A DNA stretch of 64,000 nt from an uncultured Eubacteriales bacterium (GCA_934446095.1 CAKSDR010000001.1:4893-68892); one strand, 5' to 3'. Shown: positions 47,206 through 58,124, counted from the first letter of the stretch. Program-made: numbers and translations. Notes: a model not told the origin generated them from the sequence alone.

Positions 47206-48198
47206 TTGGCTGAAAATAATATCGAAAACAGAATCGGCACTGTCGGCGGCGAAGCTGTAATAGAAGGCGTTATGATGCGCGCAGGCAACAGAATAGCGCT
47301 GTCTGTGCGCGATACAAGCGGAAATATTAAAACTGAAATAAGCAATCTTTCACCGATTAAAAGCAAGTTTTTAAAACTTCCCCTGATACGCGGAGTTGTA
47401 AATTTTCTGCTTTCAATGAAAATGAGCATAGATTGTCTTAACCGCGCCTGTGATATGCTTGGTATCGAAGATGAAGAAACTAAATTCAGTAAATGGCTTT
47501 CCGAAAAGTTCGGAAAAAGTATAACTGCCGTGGCGTCTGCCATAGGAACAGTTCTTGGAATTGCGCTTTCGCTTTTCCTTTTTATGTATATACCTACCGC
47601 ATGTTCGAAACTCATATTCGGCACAGAAACCGAAGGCGGAATGAGAATTTTAAAAAGCGTATTTCAGGGCGTTTTTAAAATTGCAATATTTCTCTGCTAT
47701 GTTTCGCTTGTGTCCCTTTTGCCCGACATAAAAAGGGTATTTCAATACCACGGTGCCGAGCATAAATCAATATTCTGCCACGAGGCATATCTTGAATTAA
47801 CTGTGGAAAACGTTAAAGCGCAGTCGAGATTTCATCCGAGATGCGGCACAAGTTTCCTTGTCGTTATGATGATTATAGGAATTATAAGTTCATTCTTCCT
47901 CGTAAACCTTCCTACGCTGCCGCAGGTTATCTGCAAAATAATAACTTTGCCGCTGGTAGTTGGACTCGGATATGAATTTATAAAGTACGCAGGAAAGCAT
48001 GACAATATGTTTGTAAAAATATTGTCTGCTCCGGGACTTTGGATTCAGAGGATAACAACAAAAGAACCCGACGAACAGCAGATGGAAGTTGCAATCCGTT
48101 CGTTAAAAGCGGCGCTTCCCGATATATATCCGGAAGTGCTTGAAGAACTTGACGAAAAGAAATGCGAAGATGAAAACAACGTTTCATCGGAAAATTAA
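47206..48198 (+). CDS. DUF1385 family membrane-associated protein (YqhQ-like)
   Basis: TTG start after GAGGTG. GGEAVIEGVMMR and YHGAEHK motifs. The family is typically encoded upstream of prmC. Confidence 0.8.
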   Translation: MAENNIENRIGTVGGEAVIEGVMMRAGNRIALSVRDTSGNIKTEISNLSPIKSKFLKLPLIRGVVNFLLSMKMSIDCLNRACDMLGIEDEETKFSKWLSEKFGKSITAVASAIGTVLGIALSLFLFMYIPTACSKLIFGTETEGGMRILKSVFQGVFKIAIFLCYVSLVSLLPDIKRVFQYHGAEHKSIFCHEAYLELTVENVKAQSRFHPRCGTSFLVVMMIIGIISSFFLVNLPTLPQVICKIITLPLVVGLGYEFIKYAGKHDNMFVKILSAPGLWIQRITTKEPDEQQMEVAIRSLKAALPDIYPEVLEELDEKKCEDENNVSSEN

Positions 48199-48200
48199 CT

Positions 48201-49043
48201 ATGACATATGAAGAACTGAAAAATACTTCAAAGAAAATTTTGCTTTCCGACGCCGAAAAAAGCGAAGATACGGCGGCATTTGAAGCGGATACGCTTGTTT
48301 TATTTTTTTCGGGCCTTTCAAAAAGCAGGCTTATTTTGGAAAAAAAGACGCAGGCTGAAAACAGCTTTACAGACAAAGTGCTTTCTGCCTCGAAAAGTAT
48401 CGCGCAGGGGATGCCTTTGCAGTATGTAATCTCAGAGTGGGAATTTTTCGGAAACCGGATTTTTTGCGGAAAAGGCTGCCTTATTCCAAGACCTGAAACC
48501 GAACTTCTGGTTGAAAAGGCGATAGAAGAACTGCCGCATGGGGGAAGATTTTTAGACCTTTGCACGGGAAGCGGATGTATTTCGACAGCCGTGCTTAATG
48601 CGAGAAAAGATAGTTCCTGCGTGTCTGTGGATATATCGGAGGACGCTTTGAAATACGCGGAGAAAAACCGGGATTATTATAATCTTAAGAACAGAATGTC
48701 GATAGTTTTGTGCGACGCTGCAAAATTTGACCCGGGTGAAAAATTTGATTTGATAATATCAAATCCGCCGTATATAAAAAGCGCGGATATCCAAAACCTT
48801 GAAAAGTGCGTGCTGCAGGAACCGTTGATTGCGCTTGACGGCGGAAGTGACGGACTTTACTTTTACAAAATGATAGTAAAAAAATACGCCGATTTTTTAA
48901 AGGATGACGGAAGTTTTTTGTTTGAAATAGGATATGATATATCGGACGGCGTTAAAAATATACTTTGTGAAAACGGCTTTTGCGTTGATTTTATGGAAGA
49001 TTTTCACAAAATTTTAAGAGTTTGCATCGGCAAAAGACAATGA
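48201..49043 (+). CDS. prmC: Peptide chain release factor N5-glutamine methyltransferase
   Basis: SAM motif LDLCTGSG and catalytic NPPY. Confidence 0.9.
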   Translation: MTYEELKNTSKKILLSDAEKSEDTAAFEADTLVLFFSGLSKSRLILEKKTQAENSFTDKVLSASKSIAQGMPLQYVISEWEFFGNRIFCGKGCLIPRPETELLVEKAIEELPHGGRFLDLCTGSGCISTAVLNARKDSSCVSVDISEDALKYAEKNRDYYNLKNRMSIVLCDAAKFDPGEKFDLIISNPPYIKSADIQNLEKCVLQEPLIALDGGSDGLYFYKMIVKKYADFLKDDGSFLFEIGYDISDGVKNILCENGFCVDFMEDFHKILRVCIGKRQ

Positions 49044-49049
49044 ATATAC

Positions 49050-49078
49050 TTGACAAAATGATATTTTAAGATTATAAT
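49050..49078 (+). promoter_or_regulatory. Sigma-A promoter of the thrS T-box leader
   Basis: Perfect TTGACA, 17-nt spacer, TATAAT. Confidence 0.7.
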
Positions 49079-49084
49079 ATCTAA

Positions 49085-49316
49085 AGACGATGAGAAAGAT
49101 ACGATTTGAAAAAACTTGTGCAAAGAGAGAATATCCGCCGGCTGAAAGATATTTCATAAAGATTTTCAAGTTACCGCTTTTGAGTCCCGTGCAGGAAATG
49201 GCACGGCGCATATCTTGCGTTAAAAGATGAAACGAGAGGCAGTTTGCCGGAAAATCGGGTGGAACCGCGGATTTGTTTATTCGCCCCGTGAAAGAAAACT
49301 TTCACGGGGCTTTTTT
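49085..49316 (+). promoter_or_regulatory. T-box leader (threonine specifier) with terminator
   Basis: T-box core aaatcgggtggaaccgcg (49252-49269). Candidate ACC specifier at 49173-49175. Stem I AGAGA/GA elements. Terminator gccccgtgaaag...ctttcacggggc plus a T-run (49283-49316). Confidence 0.85.
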
Positions 49317-49347
49317 GTTGCAAAATATTTGAAAGAGGGGAATATAT

Positions 49348-51285
49348 ATGAAAAAAATTACTCTTCCTAACGGAGATATTCTTGAATTTGAGAAAGGCAC
49401 GGCATTGGAACTTGCGGAAAAAATAAGCGCGGGACTTGCAAGAGCAGCGCTTGCGGTTAAGATTGACGGAAAAATGTGCGATCTTTTTACAAATATAGAC
49501 CATGACTGCAGCGTCGAATTTTTCACGTTTGACAGCACCGAGGGCAGGAAGGTATATAATCATACGGCGTCGCATGTGTTGGCGCAGGCTGTAAAGAGAT
49601 TGTTCCCCGAAGCAAAACTTACAATAGGTCCTGCAATAGAAAACGGTTTTTATTATGATATAGATTCCGAAGTAAGTTTTAACGCTGAAAATCTTCTGAA
49701 GATAGAAGATGAGATGAAAAAAATCATAAAAGAAGATTTAAAAATCGAAAGATTTACACTTGACAAAGACGCCGCTATGGAATTTATGAAAGACGAACCG
49801 TACAAAAGGGAACTTATAAGCGAACTTGCGCCCGGTGAAGAAATATCTTTCTATAAACAGGGTGAGTTTACAGACCTTTGCGCAGGACCGCACCTTGTTT
49901 CAACCGGCAAAATAAAAGCTGTAAAACTTATGCAGTGTACAGGCGCTTACTGGAGAGGCGATTCAAAAAATAAGATGCTTCAGAGAATTTACGGAATTGC
50001 TTTCCCGAAACAGTCGATGCTTGACGAATATATAGCAAAGACAGAAGAAGCAAAAAAGAGAGATCATAACAAACTCGGCCGCGAACTTGAGTATTTTACA
50101 ACTGTAGATACGATAGGGCAGGGTCTGCCGGTGCTTTTGCCTAAAGGTGCGCGCACAATACAACTTTTGCAGAGATGGGTTGAAGATGTGGAGCAGGCTC
50201 ACGGATATCTTCTTACAAAAACGCCGCTTTTTGCAAAGAGAGAATTTTTTAAGATTTCCGGCCACTGGGATCATTATCTTGACGGAATGTTTATTATGGG
50301 AGATCCGTATGACGAAACCAAAGAATGTTTTGCACTTCGTCCTATGACATGTCCTTTCCAATATCAGGTTTTTCTTAACCGTCAGCGTTCGTACCGCGAT
50401 CTGCCCATGAGGCTCGGAGAAACTTCAACATTGTTCAGAAACGAAGATTCCGGAGAAATGCACGGACTTATCCGCGTCCGCCAGTTTACAATTTCCGAAG
50501 GACATAACATAGTCCGTCCGGACCAGTTGGAAGAAGAATTCAGAGATTGTCTTGAACTTGCAAAATATTTTCTCGGTACAGTAGGACTTTTGGAGGACTG
50601 TACGTTCAGATTTTCACAGTGGGATCCCAAAAACCCGAACAATAAATACGAAGGAACCGCACAGCAGTGGGATGAAGCGCAGAGGATTATGGGACAGATA
50701 CTTGATCATCTCGGAATAAAATATGATATCGGTGTAGACGAGGCGGCTTTCTACGGTCCGAAACTTGATATTCAGTATAAAAATGTTCACGGCAAGGAAG
50801 ATACTCTTGTTACAATACAGATAGATATGCTTCTTGCTCAAAGGTTCGGAATGTATTATATAGATGAAAACGGCGAGAAAAAACTTCCGTATATTCTGCA
50901 CCGTACATCTCTCGGCTGTTATGAAAGAACGCTTGCATATCTTATTGAAAAATATGCGGGAGCGCTTCCGACCTGGCTTTCTCCGACGCAGGTTAAAATT
51001 CTTCCCATTGGGGAAAATCAACATGAATATGCAAATCATATAAGAGACGAACTTGCAAAAAGCGGACTTCGCTGTACGGTCGATGACAGAAATGAAAAAA
51101 TCGGCTATAAGATACGTGAGGCACAACTTGACAAGACCCCTTATATGCTTGTTATAGGAGAAAAGGAACAGACGGCAAAAACAGTTGCCGTAAGGTCAAG
51201 AAAAGGCGGCGATATGGGAGTTATGAGCCTTTGCGAATTTAAAGAAAAAATACTTAAGGAAGTATCGGAAAAAACAAATAACTGA
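49348..51285 (+). CDS. thrS: Threonyl-tRNA synthetase
   Basis: TGS domain, editing-domain HxxxH (HTASHVLAQA), class II core and anticodon-binding domain. 645 aa. Confidence 0.97.
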   Translation: MKKITLPNGDILEFEKGTALELAEKISAGLARAALAVKIDGKMCDLFTNIDHDCSVEFFTFDSTEGRKVYNHTASHVLAQAVKRLFPEAKLTIGPAIENGFYYDIDSEVSFNAENLLKIEDEMKKIIKEDLKIERFTLDKDAAMEFMKDEPYKRELISELAPGEEISFYKQGEFTDLCAGPHLVSTGKIKAVKLMQCTGAYWRGDSKNKMLQRIYGIAFPKQSMLDEYIAKTEEAKKRDHNKLGRELEYFTTVDTIGQGLPVLLPKGARTIQLLQRWVEDVEQAHGYLLTKTPLFAKREFFKISGHWDHYLDGMFIMGDPYDETKECFALRPMTCPFQYQVFLNRQRSYRDLPMRLGETSTLFRNEDSGEMHGLIRVRQFTISEGHNIVRPDQLEEEFRDCLELAKYFLGTVGLLEDCTFRFSQWDPKNPNNKYEGTAQQWDEAQRIMGQILDHLGIKYDIGVDEAAFYGPKLDIQYKNVHGKEDTLVTIQIDMLLAQRFGMYYIDENGEKKLPYILHRTSLGCYERTLAYLIEKYAGALPTWLSPTQVKILPIGENQHEYANHIRDELAKSGLRCTVDDRNEKIGYKIREAQLDKTPYMLVIGEKEQTAKTVAVRSRKGGDMGVMSLCEFKEKILKEVSEKTNN

Positions 51286-51341
51286 TTTTAAAAAAATAAT
51301 TTTAAAATCAGGTTGAAAAAAAGTAAAAACTGAGTTAAAAT

Positions 51342-51376
51342 AAAGAGAGCAAAATTATTTGCTCTCTTTGATTTTT
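51342..51376 (+). terminator. Intrinsic terminator after thrS
   Basis: Stem aaagagagc / gctctcttt followed by gatttttt. Confidence 0.75.
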
Positions 51377-51395
51377 TGCAAAAATAATCGAATAT

Positions 51396-51430
51396 TGTAA
51401 AAGACCCTTGAAAACGCTTTCAAAGGTCTA
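51396..51430 (-). terminator. Probable terminator of the Dabb gene
   Basis: Minus strand reads agacctttgaaa-gcgt-tttcaagggtct followed by tttac. The stem has one mismatch. Confidence 0.5.
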
Positions 51431-51524
51431 TTTGTGCTGATATGGTATAAATTTGCAGAAAACTTTGCGGTTTTGACCGGCTTGCCCGTACCTTTTGCCG
51501 CCGACAAAAAAATGCAGGCATATA

Positions 51525-51815
51525 TTAAAGTTCAACATCGACAGCAATGCTTGAAAGCCTTACGCTGTGCATATGTTTTTTTACGATATTGCAGTGATAG
51601 TCGTTGTTCTGATAACTTGAAAGAGACTCTTTTGAATCAAGCAAAACTTCAAGAATTATATCATAGGAACGGTCCGAATGAAGAAAATCTATTCCGACTG
51701 TGATATCGCGAATTTCAGGCACATTTCCTTTCATTGAAAGAAGAACGTCTTTGGAACGAAGACAGTTTTCAAGAGAATTATCTTTTAATTTAAAGCATAC
51801 GACGTGTTTAATCAT
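51525..51815 (-). CDS. Dabb (stress-responsive alpha/beta barrel) domain protein
   Basis: 96 aa. MIKHVVCFKLKD start and overall pattern are typical of Dabb proteins. Confidence 0.8.
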   Translation of the reverse strand: MIKHVVCFKLKDNSLENCLRSKDVLLSMKGNVPEIRDITVGIDFLHSDRSYDIILEVLLDSKESLSSYQNNDYHCNIVKKHMHSVRLSSIAVDVEL

Positions 51816-51893
51816 AAAAAACCACCTTTTTATTTAGTATAAATGAATTTTACCATAAAATAATTTTTAAAACAATACTTTTCAGGAGTTTAT

Positions 51894-54800
51894 ATGACAG
51901 AAATAAAAAATGCAGGCGCGAAACTCATAACGGCGGCCGTTGGAAAAGAAAATGAGTATTTTGACCTTATAGGTTCGCTTATGAATTATAATATTAAAAA
52001 TTTCAGACAGCATCCGGCACTTGTTACGGGTCTTTGCGAAACTCCGCTGTGCGCCGTAATTGCCGAAATATGCGGCAAGAATATTTTTGACGGCACAAAT
52101 CTTGTTATTGCAAGTGATGAAAAAACATGCATAAAACTTGTCGGAATTCTTGAAACTTTCCTTGAAAACGTGTATTTTTTTCCCGAAAAGGATTTTGTGT
52201 TTTATAACATATCCGCCTTTTCTCACGAGTGGGAATATGAAAGAATCCGTGTTTTGAGAAAGGTGCTTGAAAATAAGGCCGAAATTGTCGTATGCACTCC
52301 CAAAGCGGCACTTGAAATACTTGAACCTGTTCATAACATAAAAGGGCAAATCGATATAAAATACGGCGGCGAGATGAATTTATATGAACTTGCGGCAGAA
52401 TTGTGCAATTTTGGATATGTAAGGACGGATACCGTCGAGGGAAAAGGACAGTTTTCAAACAGGGGCGATATTCTTGATATATATCCTGCAAATTCGGAAT
52501 ATCCTGTCAGAATCGAATTTTTCGGAGATGAAGTTGACAGTATCGGATATTTTGATATTATGACGCAAAGACGGACAGAAAATATAAAAGAAATAACAAT
52601 TATGCCGGCAAGAGAAGTAAGGCTTACTCAGGACGAACAACAAAAATGCATTGAAAGTACGCAAAGACTTATTTTGCAGGCGGAAAAAAGGCTTGAAAAA
52701 GCAGAGAAAAGATCTGCCGATAAATCCGAAATTCTTTTATTAAAGCAAACGCTTGAGAAACTGAACAGTCAAAAGCAGCAGTTGACGGACGGAACCTTTG
52801 CAAATACCGATAAATTTCTGCCGATTCTCAATCCCGAAAAAAAGTGCCTTGCGGATTTTGCCGGCGCCGGAATATTTCTTATTGATCATTATAAAATTGA
52901 CGAGAGCATAAAGGCATATTTATGGCAATTGAACGAGAATGTAACATCGCTTTTGCAGTCAGGCGAAATAGAGCCGGAATACTGCACATTTGCAAACGAC
53001 AGGACATATCTGTACTCAAAACTTGAAAAACTTCCGAGCGTGATTTTTGATAATTTTTCTTCAGGATTTGATTTTGAAATATCGGGATTATATCAGTTTT
53101 CCACAAAAAATACAACGCCGTTTGTTCATGGACTTGACGTTTTGTGCGAGGATCTTAAAAATTATATGGGAAGCGAATATAAAAGCATTATTATATCGCA
53201 GAATGTAAAAACTGCCGAAAATTTAAATTCTCTTCTCCTTTCAAACGGCATAAAATCATTTATAGCGCAGACGCATGAGGTCGAGAAAAACATTAAAGCA
53301 GGGCAGGTATATATTGTGCCCGGCGACGGAAAGGTCAATAAACTGTGCGGATTTGAACTTGTAAAGTCAAAAATTGCTTTTATATGCGAAAATTATGAAA
53401 ATTCTGCCGCAAAGAAAAAAAATTCGGTTTATACTTCCAAAAAGAAAAAAACCGCAGGTCAGAAAATTCTTTCATATACAGATCTTAATATAGGCGATTA
53501 TGTTGTCCATTCCGTTCACGGAATTGCAAGGTATGAAGGAATAAAGACGCTGACTGTCGATAATGTCACAAGGGATTACATTACTCTTCAATATGCCGGA
53601 AGCGATGTTTTGTACGTTCCGGCAGGACAACTCGACAAAGTTTCAAAATATGCGTCGGGAGAAGCAAATGTAAAACTGTCAAGCATGGGTTCCAAAGACT
53701 TTATGAAAGCCAAAAGCAGAGCGAAGAAGGCTGCACGCGAAATGGCAAAACAGTTAATAGAACTTTATGCCGAAAGACAGAGAATAAAGGGGTACGCTTT
53801 CTCGCCCGACACCGAATGGCAGAAAGACTTTGAGGAACGATTCGAATATGAAGAAACCGAAGGACAACTTCAGGCTGTAAGCGAAATAAAGGGCGATATG
53901 GAAACAAGCCATCCTATGGACCGGCTTTTGTGCGGAGATGTGGGATTCGGAAAAACCGAAGTGGCGCTCCGCGCGATATTCAAGTGTGTGACTGACGGCA
54001 AGCAGGCCGCAGTTCTTGTGCCAACGACAATACTTGCATGGCAGCACAACCAGACCATCCTTTCAAGAATGAAGGGTTTCCCGGTAAAGGTTGAAATGCT
54101 CTCAAGATTTTGCAAGCCGAAACAGGCAAAAGAGATAATAAAACGGCTTGAAACGGGTGAAACCGATATTGTTATAGGCACTCATAAACTTCTGAATAAA
54201 AATATTAAATTTCATGACCTTGGACTTTTGGTAATTGACGAGGAACAGAGATTCGGCGTTGCCCACAAAGAACGGTTAAAAGAAATGTCGCAAAGCGTAG
54301 ATGTTCTGACGCTTTCCGCAACGCCTATTCCGAGAACATTAAACATGGCAATGGCAGGTATACGCGACATGTCTGTTCTTGAGGAGGCCCCGCAAAACAG
54401 GTACCCGGTTCAGACATATGTTCTTGAATATGACGACCTTATAATATGCGAGGCGATAAAAAAGGAACTGAGAAGATCGGGACAGGTATTTTACCTATTT
54501 AATAAAACGGAAGGAATAGAAGAAAAGGCGGCAAGATTAAGAGAAGAATTTCCGGAGGCTGCAATAAGCGTTGCTCATGGGAAGATGTCTCAGGAGGAAC
54601 TGTCGGAAATATGGAAATCCCTTGTAGACGGACAGACGGATATTCTTGTATGCACAACGATAATTGAAACCGGAGTTGACGTTCCGAATGCAAATACCCT
54701 TATTATTGAGGATGCAGACAGGCTCGGACTTTCCCAGCTGCATCAGATAAGAGGGCGCATAGGCAGATCCAGCAGAAAGGCATACGCTTATATAACATGG

Positions 54801-55484
54801 AAAAAGAGCGCGAGTCTTTCGGAAATTGCAACAAAAAGACTTGAAGCGCTGCGTGAATTTACCGAGTTTGGTTCGGGATATAAAATTGCAATGAGAGATC
54901 TTGAAATACGCGGAGCCGGGAATTTGCTTGGCGCCGAGCAGTCGGGACATATGGAAAGCATAGGATATGATTTGTATATAAAAATACTTGAGCAGGCAGT
55001 CCTTTCCGAAAAAGGCGTAAAAACCGAGGAAAAAAAGGATTGCGCAATAGATCTTCGCATGGACGCATTTATTCCGGAAAAATATATAAAAATGCCGGGA
55101 GCAAGAATTGAAATATACAAAAAAATCGCGGCTGTGGACAGCAAGGAAGACGCGGACGATGTAACGGACGAACTTCAGGACAGGTATGGAAATATTCCAA
55201 AGCAGGTTATAAATCTTATAGACATTTCTTATATAAGGTCATGCGCCGAAAAGAGGGGAATTTACAAAATAGAGCAGCGCGACGGCAAGATTATACTGTA
55301 TCCGCTCGAGATAAAAAATGATATTACGGCCGACATTACGAAGCATTTCATGGGAAAAGTTCTTTTGACTATGGGCAAAATGCCGTGCTATAACATAAAA
55401 CTTTCAAAGAATGATAATGTAAAAGACGTTATTTTTGAAATTTTTGATATAATAGATAAGCACTGTGAAGGTGAAAATTTATAA
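51894..55484 (+). CDS. mfd: Transcription-repair coupling factor
   Basis: UvrB-homology N-terminus, CarD-like RNAP-interaction domain (GDYVVHSVHGIARY), helicase motifs GDVGFGKTEV and DEEQ, and a TRG motif region. Confidence 0.95.
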   Translation: MTEIKNAGAKLITAAVGKENEYFDLIGSLMNYNIKNFRQHPALVTGLCETPLCAVIAEICGKNIFDGTNLVIASDEKTCIKLVGILETFLENVYFFPEKDFVFYNISAFSHEWEYERIRVLRKVLENKAEIVVCTPKAALEILEPVHNIKGQIDIKYGGEMNLYELAAELCNFGYVRTDTVEGKGQFSNRGDILDIYPANSEYPVRIEFFGDEVDSIGYFDIMTQRRTENIKEITIMPAREVRLTQDEQQKCIESTQRLILQAEKRLEKAEKRSADKSEILLLKQTLEKLNSQKQQLTDGTFANTDKFLPILNPEKKCLADFAGAGIFLIDHYKIDESIKAYLWQLNENVTSLLQSGEIEPEYCTFANDRTYLYSKLEKLPSVIFDNFSSGFDFEISGLYQFSTKNTTPFVHGLDVLCEDLKNYMGSEYKSIIISQNVKTAENLNSLLLSNGIKSFIAQTHEVEKNIKAGQVYIVPGDGKVNKLCGFELVKSKIAFICENYENSAAKKKNSVYTSKKKKTAGQKILSYTDLNIGDYVVHSVHGIARYEGIKTLTVDNVTRDYITLQYAGSDVLYVPAGQLDKVSKYASGEANVKLSSMGSKDFMKAKSRAKKAAREMAKQLIELYAERQRIKGYAFSPDTEWQKDFEERFEYEETEGQLQAVSEIKGDMETSHPMDRLLCGDVGFGKTEVALRAIFKCVTDGKQAAVLVPTTILAWQHNQTILSRMKGFPVKVEMLSRFCKPKQAKEIIKRLETGETDIVIGTHKLLNKNIKFHDLGLLVIDEEQRFGVAHKERLKEMSQSVDVLTLSATPIPRTLNMAMAGIRDMSVLEEAPQNRYPVQTYVLEYDDLIICEAIKKELRRSGQVFYLFNKTEGIEEKAARLREEFPEAAISVAHGKMSQEELSEIWKSLVDGQTDILVCTTIIETGVDVPNANTLIIEDADRLGLSQLHQIRGRIGRSSRKAYAYITWKKSASLSEIATKRLEALREFTEFGSGYKIAMRDLEIRGAGNLLGAEQSGHMESIGYDLYIKILEQAVLSEKGVKTEEKKDCAIDLRMDAFIPEKYIKMPGARIEIYKKIAAVDSKEDADDVTDELQDRYGNIPKQVINLIDISYIRSCAEKRGIYKIEQRDGKIILYPLEIKNDITADITKHFMGKVLLTMGKMPCYNIKLSKNDNVKDVIFEIFDIIDKHCEGENL

Positions 55485-55554
55485 AATATTTGCAAAGAAA
55501 GCAAATATTTAGTATAATAAAAATATCATAAATATTCACATGGAGAAAACAAAA

Positions 55555-56640
55555 ATGAAAAAAATTCATAAATTGTCCGCAATGTTTTTAACATTGTGCA
55601 TGATTTTTTTGTGTTCGTGTTCTCAAAGCCGCGATTATTGTATATACGCGCAGGACAAAAACGGAAAAGCAACTGTAGGAATGACAGAAGGAATGTATAA
55701 TTTTTTCTTTTCACAGAAAAAGACAGAGTATCTTACAGTATTAAAATATAATGATAATACCATAACCGAAGATTCTCCCGAAATTTGGGACAGAGTCGGT
55801 GACAACGGAAAAACTTACGGTGAAACTTTCGAGGACCAGATTCTTGAGGACGCAAAATATACGGTTGCGGCATCTCACATATTGTACGATGTATATGGAT
55901 ATAAACTTCCCGACGCTTATACCGATTATGTGGATAAACTTATACTTAACAATGCCGTGACGGGGTATGGATCAAAAGACGAATTTTCGGCATATTTGTC
56001 AAATTTCGGTACAAGTTATAAGGAATACTGCGATTTGTATTATATGACGGCAAATGTTGACTTATTGAAAGAACTTTTATATAACAAAGATTCCGGCGCC
56101 GTAAAATTCACTGACGAAGAAAAACGCAGTTTTTTTGCCGAAAATTTCTATACTGTAAATCATATATACATAAATACAAATTATGACGCAAAAGCAGACG
56201 GCACAAAATATGCCGTGACCGAAGAACAAAAAGCACAAAGAGAAGGTACGGCGAATGAAATTTTCGCAAGACTTAAGGCGGGCGAGAGTTTTGAAGATAT
56301 AAAAAATGAGTATAAAGACGATGCATTTGTCAGCGTTTATACGGACAAAACATTTGTAAATAAAAACGGAAGCACTGCTTTGTCGCAGCTTGGCGATACT
56401 ATAAAGACCATGACGCCGGGAGAGATGAAAATGTGCAATACGGCTGTCGGAACGCACATTTTGTTAAGACTTGAAACTTTGCCGGACGATTACAATACCG
56501 ATGAAGATTTGGATTCATCAATAATTTCCGGTCTTGCAAATGAGGATTTTAAAAAGTTAATTGAAAAATATAAGGACGAAATCAAGGTAAATTCAGATTT
56601 TACAAACGGACTTAATATTGCAAACGCTCCAATATCATAA
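55555..56640 (+). CDS. PrsA/SurA-like lipoprotein with degenerate parvulin PPIase domain
   Basis: Start set to ATG 55555, which follows GGAG. Lipobox-like LCSC. The C-terminal region (ARLKAGESFEDIKNEY...GTHILLRLE) is parvulin-like. Conventional position after mfd. Confidence 0.6.
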   Translation: MKKIHKLSAMFLTLCMIFLCSCSQSRDYCIYAQDKNGKATVGMTEGMYNFFFSQKKTEYLTVLKYNDNTITEDSPEIWDRVGDNGKTYGETFEDQILEDAKYTVAASHILYDVYGYKLPDAYTDYVDKLILNNAVTGYGSKDEFSAYLSNFGTSYKEYCDLYYMTANVDLLKELLYNKDSGAVKFTDEEKRSFFAENFYTVNHIYINTNYDAKADGTKYAVTEEQKAQREGTANEIFARLKAGESFEDIKNEYKDDAFVSVYTDKTFVNKNGSTALSQLGDTIKTMTPGEMKMCNTAVGTHILLRLETLPDDYNTDEDLDSSIISGLANEDFKKLIEKYKDEIKVNSDFTNGLNIANAPIS

Positions 56641-56655
56641 GAGGGATCGGATAAA

Positions 56656-57204
56656 ATGCAGAATTCAAAAAAGAAAATAAACGCAGTTTTTATAGGCTTT
56701 TTTACAATTATATATTTTTTCAGTATATGTATAATGCCGCGGATACAGATTTCAGTATTTCCGGAGCTGAAGGTCGGCGCTGATATAATACTCGGTTCGC
56801 TTATTTCATTTTCGCTTTTGCGCGGAAGAAAGACCGCATGTATTTTTGCCCTTGTTCTCGGTTTTGCGGTAGATATATATGCAAATCCGTACATGTTTTC
56901 TCCGGTTGTGTATTTTTTATGCGCATATCTTGTAAAACCCGCTTCCGCGCCGTTTTCAAAAAAGTCGCCGCTGTCATGTCTTGTAATTTCTGCACAAGTG
57001 CTTTTGATTAAGGAAATGGTAAGCATATTTTATCTTACTGCGGTGCTGCGCGATGTAAAATTTTCACATATATTGTTAAAAGCCGTGGTTCCGGAATATT
57101 TGCTGTGCATTGCCGCAAGTGTTATAATGCTTGTTTTTATGAAAGCCGTGATGGCGGTCTTTAAAATACCTGTAAAAGGACCTGATACAAGATGGAATCT
57201 TTAA
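56656..57204 (+). CDS. Polytopic membrane protein (possibly MreD-like)
   Basis: 182 aa with 5 TM segments. LVLGFAVDIYANPYMF vaguely resembles the MreD conserved Asp region. The assignment is weak. Confidence 0.4.
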   Translation: MQNSKKKINAVFIGFFTIIYFFSICIMPRIQISVFPELKVGADIILGSLISFSLLRGRKTACIFALVLGFAVDIYANPYMFSPVVYFLCAYLVKPASAPFSKKSPLSCLVISAQVLLIKEMVSIFYLTAVLRDVKFSHILLKAVVPEYLLCIAASVIMLVFMKAVMAVFKIPVKGPDTRWNL

Positions 57205-58100
57205 ACGGGGAAATTTTATGCCGCCTTTGCCCGAGAAACTGCGGGATAGACAGAAATTTAAAAAATGGCTTTTGCGGCGCCGGAAATAAAATAAAAATCG
57301 CGCGGTACGGACTTCATATGTGGGAAGAACCCTGCATTTCGGGAGAAAAAGGTTCGGGAACGGTGTTCTTTTCAGGCTGTCCGTTAAAGTGCGTATTCTG
57401 TCAGAATTATGAGATTTCTTGTAAAAATAAAGGAAAGTACATAACCGAAGATGATCTTGAGAGAATATTTCTTTATCTTCAGGAAAATGGTGCTTGCAAC
57501 ATTAACCTTGTAAGTCCCACGCATTATTCCGATAAAATTGTAAAAGTTCTTGACAGGATAAAGCATAAACTTTATATACCGGTTGTTTATAATACCGGCG
57601 GTTATGAAAAAAGCGAGGAAATTGAAAAATTAAAGGGATATATAGATGTTTTTCTGCCGGATCTTAAATATGTATCGTCCGAACTTTCGGGAAAATATTC
57701 GGGAGCGAAAGATTACTTTGAGTATGCGTCAAAGGCTGTAATCAAAATGTTCGATATTGCAGGATATCCCAAGTTTGAAAATGGCAGAATCATCTCTGGT
57801 GTTATTGTAAGACATCTTGTTTTGCCTTCACATGTTGAAGATTCTTTTAAAGTTGTAGATTTTCTGAGCGAAAATCTTGATTGTGAAAAATTATATTTAA
57901 GTATTATGCGCCAATATTTTCCGTCGTTTAATGCCTGCAAATACAAGGAAATCTCAAGAAAACTTACTTCTTTGGAATATAAAAAGGTAGTCGACTATGC
58001 GATCTCCAAAGGCATAAAAAATGGATTTATGCAAGATAAAAACACGTCGGAAGAAGAATATGTCCCTGATTTTTCAGGAGAAGAACTGATTCTTCCGTAA
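57192..58100 (+). CDS. Radical SAM protein, PflX-like (PFL-activase homologue, COG1313 type)
   Basis: CPLKCVFCQN radical SAM triad plus an N-terminal extra Cys cluster (CRLCPRNCG...GFCG). Confidence 0.8.
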   Translation: MESLNGEILCRLCPRNCGIDRNLKNGFCGAGNKIKIARYGLHMWEEPCISGEKGSGTVFFSGCPLKCVFCQNYEISCKNKGKYITEDDLERIFLYLQENGACNINLVSPTHYSDKIVKVLDRIKHKLYIPVVYNTGGYEKSEEIEKLKGYIDVFLPDLKYVSSELSGKYSGAKDYFEYASKAVIKMFDIAGYPKFENGRIISGVIVRHLVLPSHVEDSFKVVDFLSENLDCEKLYLSIMRQYFPSFNACKYKEISRKLTSLEYKKVVDYAISKGIKNGFMQDKNTSEEEYVPDFSGEELILP

Positions 58101-58124
58101 AAATTAAAAGTAGATTCTTTTTTC

